Translations under genes and position numbers: made by a program
The notes under the pieces: generated by a model
The model's input: only the letters and a program-made list of their open reading frames with translations
Databases searched by the model: none
Told to the model about the DNA's origin: nothing
DNA from: the human T2T-CHM13v2.0 reference genome, Homo sapiens
NCBI RefSeq assembly: GCF_009914755.1
Contig: NC_060932.1
DNA length: 64,000 bases
Direction: 5' to 3' (one strand)
Shown here: piece after piece, positions 29,540 through 64,000 of the stretch
Position numbering within the stretch: position 1 is the first letter of the stretch
How the letters are laid out: each line of letters starts with the position of its first letter

Positions 29540-30050
29540 GGACCCACTACTGGATCTGACAAGAGGCAGGCGGGGCGCCCCTCCCAGGCGGATTCGCTGC
29601 CTCGGTACAGGGGCCGCTTCCCGCGGCCTTCCCGGCTCCACTGCTTTGTCTGCCGCCCGTGGACCCCACATACCGCTCCAGAGCTTTAGGAGTCCAGAGC
29701 CTGCCACACCATCAGGGCCACACCTACGGATGAGGTAGAGACCCAGGCGGCGCGGAGCGAGCCCTTCGGTTCGCAGCCCCGGCCGCGGCGATCGCAAGCA
29801 ACCGGACTAACTCAGGGAGCCAAAGAGCGAAGGCGCTGGCGGGCAAAGGCTCTGCAGACTCTTCCCAGGTGACCTGACGCCTCTGTCGCTTATGCCCTCC
29901 TATTGGCTGATAATGAGTCCAACGTGAGGATAAAGTATCCAATCAGTGAAGGTCTTTTTAGAGTGAAGCGCTCATAGGTGGTTTAGGGAAATACACTAAG
30001 AGTCAAGGGACTGATCCAATGAGGACCCAGGAACACTATATTGGCCCTAA
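29540..30050 (-). promoter_or_regulatory. ARMC1: ARMC1 CpG-island promoter with four CCAAT (NF-Y) boxes and a CRE half-site
   Basis: CpG-dense 29540-29890. ATTGG at 29902-29906 and 30040-30044, CCAAT at 29939-29943 and 30016-30020, TGACG at 29875-29879. Confidence 0.8.
29674..29860 (-). other. ARMC1: ARMC1 non-coding exon 1 (TSS end approximate)
   Basis: GCG|GTATGT donor (29668-29673 on minus) inside a CpG island, just downstream of a CCAAT-box cluster. Confidence 0.7.
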
Positions 30051-30803
30051 CTACTCGCCGTCCACCAAGCCCTAACCGAAGAAATTTGATTCCGGCTGGG
30101 AAACTGTCACACCTTCACAACCTCAATACCCAGCTTTGTGGGGCCAGCAGGACTTCTCCGGTCCTGCATTCGGTAATTCAAATTGAGTATTTCTTTAGCA
30201 ACTCTTGCAATTCTAATAAAGGCAATACCTAATATTTTATTCGCTTCTGTGAGTCTTAATTCATAAATTTTTTTTGTTTTGTGTTTTACTGTGGACGTTA
30301 GCACTACATTAGGCGTTCCTTGGATTTTCGTTTATTTCTTCTTGGTGTCCACTGTCTCCCTAGCAGCTTGAAAGACGCAAAGTACAGTTTTCGTTTAAGT
30401 AGCAATTTATTTTGGGGAAGAGGTTTTTTTTTTTTCTTGTAAGGAATTTATTATCACAATCTTCTCAAATTCATATTTTAAAATATCTTCTATGTAGTTT
30501 ATCAAAGTAAGGATTTATATACTTGTTTTATGGATGGCAATCACTTGAAGTTTTTGTTTAGGCATAGATTTTATTTTTTTTTTAATTTCTTTAAATACAA
30601 ACCTACTCTTAACCCGCAGGCAGATCTTTGAGAATAATGTATCCATTGCAGTCAATAACCCCAATAAACAGATTCTGGATTCTCTCCATAACAGTTTGAT
30701 TCGGCCACGTAGCTCATGTATTAAAGTCAGAAGGAATATGAGAGGCCTCTAATAGGAAAAGAGTGTGGATAACAATAAATATCCCAGATTGTATTCAATG
30801 CTA

Positions 30804-34059
<3,256 letters not shown>

Positions 34060-35389
34060 AATATGTGCTTTTATTAGTAATTAAAGGAGCTTTGAAGTCA
34101 ATGGGCACTGCATGCATCACTGACTCTTGCCTCAGGTGAGATGAAGTTGGCCCACTAACTGGTCTTGACCAGCTCTCCTGTAGCCCAGCCTCTCCCAGAC
34201 ACATCTAGCCTCACTGTGTCTCAAAGCACCCTTCAGAAGGGCACTTCACCGTCCTACCCAATAATCTTTTACCATCCATTCCTATATTCTAATGCAGAAC
34301 CTCCTGAAGCTTATTTCAGTGTGTTACATTTTCTCCAGGGGGCAATTAGAGCTGGGGAAAGAAAAAACAGAACTAGAGGAAAAGGGTCTCAACTTCCAGG
34401 AAAGATCCTTTGTAAGCTTTGCAGATTATTCAACCTGTCTCAACAAATGGGGCTGTCATTAAGCCTTATATGAGAAACAGGCTGACATAGACATTGGTCT
34501 GTTCCTACTTTACTAACCACTGGATCGCAACCACCCAAGCTGACTATATATCCTACATGGTTATTATTTATTGGGCCCTTGAGCTAAACCAGGCACTCCC
34601 TTGAGCATTTGACAAATGTTACATAATCGGTCCTCAAGGCTACTCTTTGAGCCGTCTACTACTGCCACTGTGAAAGCCAAGAAATTGAGACCCTGGAAGG
34701 CTGACTGTCTTGCTCAAGACCACACTACTAGTCATTAGCAGAGGCATATTTCCAACAAGGGTCTGTCTGCCTCTGAAGCCCATATTCTTTCTACTACAGT
34801 ATACTGCTTCATTGTCTACCAATATTAATGGGAATCTGATATTTTGTTAAATCTCTATGATGAAGGAAGCTCACAATCAGCCTTGGTCACCTTTCTTTTG
34901 CCTAATACATCTAACAATGAATAAATCTATTTGCCTAAATAATGGCATTTATAATCCTTTAATTTCCTACTCAGAATTCGGAGGCCCAAAAAAGATAAGG
35001 GACTTTTTCAAGGCCATACAGTGAGTAAGAGAGCTCTGTTTCTTTCTCTTCTATTCAATAAAAACTGCAAATGGCAGACGAAGTTTCAGTTATTCCAGAT
35101 TCTGCCAAGAAAACTGAGCCCTTAACTTGGGTCAAGAACTCTAGGATCAAATACACTAAAAAGAAAAGTATTCTATTTTCTTCTCACATCCCCAAATGGA
35201 TTGCCCTCTAATCTTCCACATTTGTTTCCAAAGCTAGCTATGCAGAACAATCATAGTTCTGCCGAATAGACCTGCAGATGTAGAGGCCTGGGCATACATA
35301 GTTTTAAACAGCTCCATTGTGAAATTTGAGAGCCACTGATCTTGTGGAGGAAACATAAATTGTATTAATTATCTAATGTGTCATTTGTA

Positions 35390-36599
<1,210 letters not shown>

Positions 36600-36604
36600 G
36601 AGAT

Positions 36605-38035
<1,431 letters not shown>

Positions 38036-38132
38036 CAAAGCATCCTGCTTACAATTTTAGAAGCGTGATGACCAGAAGATCTCCCCTAGATTAGCTTCTG
38101 GCTTAGTGCATTTCAAACTCTCTTTCTCTCTC

Positions 38133-38742
<610 letters not shown>

Positions 38743-40236
38743 TCAAACTTTCTTTCTCCTCCACTAGCCACATACTTCTAGGGCCAGGTGCCAAGGGACC
38801 CATCCCTGTATCATAGCACTGAGTGAGTTGGCAGAGCATGTCTTGCTCGAAGCCAATCCAGCACCAGGAAAGACAGCAGTAACTTATCACGAAGTGGCCC
38901 AAGTTCAATTCAACTCTCTTTTCCCCACCTAGATCCCCAAAATGTCCAAGGCCACTCCAGCGTATCTAGCATGAAAGGAAGTATGAAGGAAGGGAAGTTG
39001 GAAAGGAAAAAAAAAAACAAAAAAGACAGGTCTTAACCCATGCCTCTTTGAGGGGTGCTTTAAGACATTTTCCTTTTAATAAATAAGTAGGAAACAACAT
39101 ATAATCTCGTAAACTCGATGCTAAAGTTCCTCTATGGACTTTGGAAAGGCTGGCGAAAGCCAGCGTGCCTGAAACACAAGCTTCATTAGCTTAGCAGTAA
39201 ATACCCTCCGGAAAGATCTCAGAGGAAGAAATTAGTGCCCTTTGACAGAATCGCCACCGTCCATTGCTCCCACCCTTTCGGCTCCAAAGCTCCTGCTCTT
39301 TCATTCAGCCTCAGACAAGCACTCACTTCTCAGGAAGTATTCCCTGAGACATTATGGAGGCGCCCAGGCTCCCACCTCGATTCCATTATAATATTTGATT
39401 AAGTTTGTGTTTTTGTTTAGTTTGTGTTATCTCCTCGTTATCTTGTAGGCTCACTTAGGGCGTGGCTCAAGGCTTTTAACAACCTTTCTGCTGTCATAGT
39501 TGTCCCCCAACAAGCCGTTGTTGAGTAAATGAGTTAATGCTCTGGGTGAAGGAGGAAAGCCCTCACTAGGAAGAGACTTGTGCCACCCGGGGCAAGAACA
39601 TCAGAGATCCAGTGACAGCCCAGCGACCTCCGGGATCAATTGCAATGGGAGGGTAAGAGAGACAGCCAATCAGCAACAGCCTCTTCAAAAGCCATACAAA
39701 AATACGGACAGGTTTCCTACCCTACATAGGAATCTTTCATCACGCCTACGCACATTACTATACTGCATAAGTTAGCTAGAAATGTAATAATCATATTTTC
39801 ACGACAATTATTTGAAATCCAGAGTGTCCTAGAGTATTCAAATCTTTAGAAAGCACGTGCCCCAAATGAATCGGACTGAACAGACGCTGGAACCGAACAT
39901 GGTAAAGTAAAATACTTATCCATGAGGCACTTTGTAATCCCCGCACTCCTGCTCTGCCTAAAGAGAAACATCTCGGATGTGAGGTCCGCATAGGCATTAG
40001 ATCTGCCGGGTGGACACAGGTCCCTACAGCGTGGGGTGAAATGGGCTCCACATGTTAGGTTAACAAAAGCTTACGACTCGCAGCCTTTTTCAAGGTAATA
40101 CACATCTGCGGCTACATTCAGAATGTGGGTGTCCCTAAACCCCTAAAGCATGAAGCTGACAAAAGCACTTCCCAGGACAGGACGGTGAAGGCACAAAGCA
40201 AGGTCCGCACAAAAGCACACGCCCCTCTCAGAGCTC

Positions 40237-40248
40237 CGCGCGTGCGCA
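40237..40248 (-). promoter_or_regulatory. NRF1 binding site
   Basis: TGCGCACGCGCG on the minus strand is an exact match to YGCGCAYGCGCR. Confidence 0.75.
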
Positions 40249-40409
40249 CACCGACTGTGACTCTCAGCAGCCGGCTTGCGGAGCGGTTGCCGCGTCCTCT
40301 GCCGAGCTTCTTGTGCCCGCCTCCGAGCCTGAGGAAACAGCTGATTGATCAGCCTGGCTCAGGCTTGGGGCGGGGATTGGCTGATTGGCAGCAACGCCAC
40401 GGGACAGCC

Positions 40410-40460
40410 AAGCTAGAAGCCTGAGGAGCCGGAGAGGGTGCTGGCTGCCGCGCGGCCGAG
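40410..40460 (+). other. MTFR1: MTFR1 non-coding exon 1 (start approximate); intron 1 appears to run to the window end
   Basis: Consensus donor GAG|GTGAGT at 40461, ~70 nt downstream of the CCAAT boxes. No ATG in the exon and no recognisable MTFR1 coding exon afterwards. Confidence 0.72.
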
Positions 40461-41202
40461 GTGAGTAGGGTGGGAACTCGGAAAAGCGGTTGGCTAGCGG
40501 GTGATGAAGTCGGCTGCAGGCCTGACGGCGATGGGATGCCCTGGAAACAGTCAGAACAGGAGCTGAAGGAGCTCGGTTCGGGAACGCAGGGAGGCCGGCG
40601 GGATCCTGGGCCGGTTGAGTGTTTGCCCCGCGGCCGGGAGGCAGAGACTGCCTCGGCTGAGGGCGCGTGGGTCGGGGGCTCCGGAGGAGCTGAGGGAAGT
40701 CGGCTGACTTGCCCTGAAGGCTGAGACTCGCCCACCCGCCAATCTACCCCTACACCTCCTGCCCCCTCCCCCGACCTTCGGTCCATCTTTCGGACCCCCG
40801 GTTCCCGCGCCGGCCGCCAGGCGGCGGTCCTGGGGAGACCGCCCTTCGCGGCGGCTCCCTTGGGTGCTGCGCCCTTAACGGGCTCAGGAGCCGGACTGCG
40901 CGGGTGCACCGCCAGCCGGCCTCCGGGAGGAGCAGTGCGCTGGCTGATCCGCCGGGAAGTTTAACCAGCTTCCTGTGGTTGCTGTGTCGCTTTTCGCCTC
41001 CTAGAACTTCCCAGTGTATCTTCTGACCATGACCAGGGTTTGCAGGAAACCCCAAAGCCGGCCTTTGGGCATTAACAACAGCAGCATTTTATTATGGAAA
41101 TCTTCAAACTGTGGAGAAATTGAACGAAGGATATAAGGAATTCACTGTACTCATTACCCAGTTTCAGTAATTATCAATACGTGGGCAGTCTTGCTCCCCT
41201 AA

Positions 41203-43993
<2,791 letters not shown>

Positions 43994-44641
43994 CATTTGT
44001 TTCTTTATTTGCAAGCACTTTATATTCATTAGGGATATAAACCATTTGTTACATTAAGTTGCAAATAGGTTTCTCAATTACATGGCTCTTCTCAAAATCT
44101 TCAGAGTGGCTAGTAAAATGAAAAATATGTCAGCTGGGAGAGCACTCAGGGCTGCTGTTTTAGGGACCAGAACATTCCACCTCTGAAACAATTCCTTCAT
44201 TTATGATACTGAAGTTATTGTCAACCAGTCAATCTGCAAGTCATTTTTACCAAATAAATTGTTTTGTGTAAATAGTTGATATCATTAAAAAATTTTTTTT
44301 CTGCTCCGACTCCACCGGGAGATATCATTTAACGTATAATTTGTACAACTGGAGTTGACTGGTGTGAGTTGGTTGTGGTTAAAATGTAAACAGTCAGACA
44401 AGTTAAACAGGAAAGTTAAGTTTCCATGATTGAAAAAACATACATTGTAATGTACATATAAATATATATATAAAGCAGTATAACTAAGATCTTTTTAAAC
44501 ATTTAAGATTTTTTTTTAGGGACAGAGTCTTTCTTTGTTGCCAGGTTGGAGTGCAGTGATGCTATCATAGCTCTAAGATATTTTATTAATTTTTTTCACC
44601 TCCCTCCCTTGGTTACTTTTTGAAATGGCCGATTTGATATA

Positions 44642-45141
<500 letters not shown>

Positions 45142-45159
45142 TGAGCCACCGCGCCTGGC

Positions 45160-48562
<3,403 letters not shown>

Positions 48563-48660
48563 TTACTATGCCATTTTATATAAGGCACTTGAGCATCTGT
48601 AGATTTTGGTGTCCATGGGATTCCTGGAACCAATCCCCTGTGGATACTGAAGGACAAGTG
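48563..48660. mobile_element. Tigger3/MER7-like DNA transposon, right part
   Basis: ccattttatataaggcacttgagcatc...ttttggt...ctggaaccaatcccc...gatactgaaggac terminal motif. Confidence 0.7.
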
Positions 48661-48902
48661 TATAATGTGTACAGGCAGGAGGGTAAACTGCTTTCCTAAA
48701 GAGATGATTTTAGGTGGAACAAGAATCAACTTTGTATTTATTTTAGTCAAGATATCCTTTTCTGTCTGTTTTGGCTCAGATAGGGAGTACAATGTATAGT
48801 TAAGTACTTTAAAGTATATCCTGGAACAAACTTTGATTGCATCAGTATTATTGCTTGGCATGAGGCTAAGTTTATTTAATTTTTAAAAAATGAGTTTATT
48901 TA

Positions 48903-53398
<4,496 letters not shown>

Positions 53399-53712
53399 GC
53401 ACTAATTGGGTAATGATTGTCTTCCTCTGAGTGGTAGAGAGAACAATAACTTCACGTTCCTTTTTTAATTTAACACATAATAATTGTACATATTTATGGA
53501 TACATTATGATGTTGCAATACATATAATGTGTAGTACTCAGATCATAGTAGTTAGCATATCCATCATCTCAAACATTTATCATTTCTTTGTGTTGGCAAC
53601 ATTCAGTATCATAGTCCTTATTTTTATTTTCCATCATTTGGCCTTAAAATGTGGACTGTCATCTGTGTTGCCTTATCTGTTAGCATTCTGAGAATAGTAA
53701 ACATTATTCCAG

Positions 53713-54353
53713 TGATTCATAAGGAACCTAGAAAACAAAATGCCAGCCACATAACTAAGAATATTCTATTAATCTTCTTATTTTCCCCAACTCTAAAATG
53801 AGTCATTCCCATCTTTCATAATGAAAATATAGTTAAATGGCCATTTCCTTGAATAGTTCTCAAAAACCTTCTAAAAATAAGCCCCACCATGCTGTTATAA
53901 CTTTGTAAATTTTTGGCATCTTAAATGTAGTGACAACATTGTCATTGTTGCTAACAGAGTTATTATGAAACTACTGCTGATAACTTTTTATTATAACTAT
54001 CTCAAAAACAGATATTACATTAGTTGAAGACAGTATTATTTTGTATTATTTTCAATTTGACTGCTATAAATTTTAGTCGAGCTACATACTATTATATATT
54101 TTCACAGTGTTGGTAGAAGAAAAAGAAAGTCTATTTCCAATATTTATCTGGGTTTCTCTTCTACCAGCTGCCAACCAAAATTAATTTGCTATTTCTTATA
54201 CTCTATGCTAGAGTAGAGTAGATAGTCTAGAATATAAGCCTATACCATCTTCATAACACTTGTAGGAATTGAATACACACACATGTGTGCATGCACATAT
54301 ACACACACACACATTTTCATTGATTCATAAGGAACCTAGAAAACAAAATGCCA
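53713..54353 (+). repeat. Perfect 33-bp direct repeat (53713-53745 and 54321-54353)
   Basis: TGATTCATAAGGAACCTAGAAAACAAAATGCCA occurs twice, 608 bp apart. Confidence 0.95.
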
Positions 54354-54936
54354 CCTGATTCTTAGCAATTTTTTTAAAAACCTTATTTATTTTGAAGTGT
54401 AACACAGAAGAAAGTACAGACATAAATACAGCTCAATAAATTGCCACAAAGCAAATATCCATGTAATGACCACCCAGGTTAAGAAATAGAATGTTGTCTG
54501 CACTCTGGGGTAGTTTTGCTTTTGAGCAAGAGCTTCTAAAAGAGCTTAGAAAAATAGGTGACAGGAAACAGCACTGATGTAAAGTGTAAGAGAATAAGCA
54601 AGCAGAAACCCTTTGAGAAGGCAGTAGCTGTAGGAGAAGCAGTATTCTAAAGGGAAGCCAAGTTTCATCACGGGGAGGGAAGTAAGCCAGGGGAGTTCAG
54701 TAGTGAGTGAATCTGTTGAAGATAAGATACAGAGTTGGGGGATGTTTATAGACAAACAAGTACCAGAGAGCACTGTGAAGAAGTTTGGAGGAAGGGGTAG
54801 CAGCAGGAGTCCACCGTCTATGTCACCTCCCTTCTGTGTTTAACAAGGACCATTACCTTTCTCAAAATTTTCCTTTTTGGTGATAATACCACTCTTATTT
54901 TTCTACTACTATTTTGATCTTTTTTTGGTTAGTGTC

Positions 54937-55469
54937 TGTTGGATATAAAAATGCTCTAGGAATAAATTCTCGGTGCTACAAAGTGAAACCAGCACTCAGG
55001 CAAAAGTTTTCTCAGCAAGGCAATTTACTGCTGCAGAAGGGTGCCACTTGCATCAATCAAGATCACAAAAGATCACAATCAAGATCACTGAACAAAGGAG
55101 AGGTTTTTTTTTTTTTTTTTCAATCCCTGACACGTAGTCTTTGCCTCTGTGTCACTCCCCCATAGGCTGGGGTCGGACCACGCAATCTGAGCTGACCTGA
55201 TTGGCTACTTGCAAATATTTTTCTAAATATGGAAGAGAAGGGGGACGTGAGGTACAGTGGTGAGATGTGCAGTTTCGGGGTAACAATATTGCAGGTAACC
55301 AAGGGAACAGATGTGAGTTATTGATTAGATCTGACAGGAAGCGGGTAGGCTGTTTACAGTAACTAGGGGCAAGGAGACATGTAGAAAGAGAAAGTTGAGT
55401 TTGAGAACAAAGGACAAGGAAGTTAACAGGCTAAACCTTTGAAGATAAACTGATTCATTGTATCTTACA
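54937..55469 (-). mobile_element. ERV1 solo LTR, LTR10-like
   Basis: TG...CA termini with perfect 5-bp TSD GTGTC (54932-54936 and 55470-55474). Ends resemble the LTR10 family; CCAAT motif near 55200. Confidence 0.8.
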
Positions 55470-55684
55470 GTGTCTTTTATTTTTTTCTGTTTGTTCTAAA
55501 AGTATTAATATTTCCTGAGCTTTCTGTCCAGTCTTCCCTTCTTACTCTATATGATTTAACTCATTTCATCTGTTTTTTCTAGCCAGTGCTCTGTATTCTT
55601 TATCTCTAGCCGACACTTAAGAAACATCTTTTCCTGGCAAATAAGGATGATTTTTCAAATAATAATTTAAAAAAACCATCTGTG

Positions 55685-56415
<731 letters not shown>

Positions 56416-56439
56416 CTGTTTAAGAAAGGAGTAAAACTT

Positions 56440-57045
56440 GCACTGAGATGTTTAGAGCAGCTTTATTCATAGTTTATCAAAATGTGGAAGCAATCAAGGT
56501 GTTCTCCAGTAGGGGAAGGAATAAATAAACTGTGGTATCTCCGTAAAATGGAATGTTATTCCACACTAAAAAGAAATGAGCTATCAACCATGAGAATACA
56601 TGGAGGAACCTTAAATGCATATTACTAGGCAAAGAAGCCATTCTGAAAAGGCTATATACTGTGTGATTCCAACTTCATGACATTCTGGAAAAGGCAAAAC
56701 TATGGAGACAATAAAAGGATCAGAGATGCCAGGGGTTGGGAAGGAGGGTAAATTAATAGGTGGAACACAGGATTTTTAGAGCAGTGAAACTATTCTGTAT
56801 GATATAACAATGGTGGATACATATCATTATTCATTTGCCTTAACCCACACAATGTACAGTAATGAAAGTGTACTGTTAGGTAAACTGTGGACTTTAGATG
56901 ATGATGTGTCACTGTAGGTTCATCCATTGGAATAAATGCACCACTCTTGTGTGGGATATTGATAGTGGGAAGACTGCCCAATTAAGAAATCTGTACTTTC
57001 TACTCAATTTTGCTGTACATTTAAACTGCTCTAAAAAATAAACTC
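56440..57045 (+). mobile_element. L1MC/MD-type 3' end
   Basis: catggaggaaccttaaatgcatattact, taaactgtggacttt and aaatgcaccactct motifs. Confidence 0.8.
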
Positions 57046-57051
57046 TGTTTT

Positions 57052-59220
<2,169 letters not shown>

Positions 59221-59233
59221 AAAAGAGCAAAAG

Positions 59234-64000
<4,767 letters not shown>

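Larger units (their letters stand above)
40200..41000 (+). promoter_or_regulatory. MTFR1: CpG-island promoter, most likely MTFR1
   Basis: Strong CpG island with NRF1 consensus at 40237-40248, GC box GGGGCGGGG at 40367-40375 and tandem ATTGG at 40376-40380 and 40384-40388. Gene name comes from the known divergent neighbour of ARMC1. Confidence 0.8.

Noticed and set aside
29457-29942. ORFs over the ARMC1 CpG island
   Set aside because: GC-rich chance ORFs with low-complexity R/G/P composition.
40125-41055. ORFs up to 186 aa over the second CpG island as MTFR1 coding sequence
   Set aside because: No resemblance to MTFR1 protein; typical CpG-island open frames.

Overview
Human (hominid) genomic DNA, very Alu-rich. 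It holds the complete coding sequence of ARMC1 on the minus strand: six coding exons that splice in phase to 282 aa, plus a non-coding exon 1 in a CpG island at ~29.6-29.9 kb. About 10.5 kb away, a divergent CpG-island promoter with NRF1, GC and CCAAT motifs and a non-coding first exon most likely belongs to MTFR1 (identified from gene order; no MTFR1 coding exon is in the window). The rest is intronic or intergenic: dozens of Alus, two full-length SVA retrotransposons, old L1 fragments, LTR10/MLT2/MLT1-type solo LTRs and DNA-transposon relics. Main observations: (1) an SVA in ARMC1 intron 3 whose TSD also encloses ~215 bp of 3'-transduced foreign sequence; (2) a sense SVA in MTFR1 intron 1 whose triplicated 25-mer creates new polypyrimidine-CAG acceptors, inserted into a re-used target site; (3) two uORFs in the ARMC1 leader, one ending 3 nt before the main ATG; (4) head-to-head linkage of two genes whose products are reported to share a mitochondrial complex; (5) an unexplained exact 33-bp direct repeat. 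Nearly all other ORFs in the track are Alu/SVA/L1 artefacts. Repeat subfamily names are from memory of consensus sequences, not from a search.
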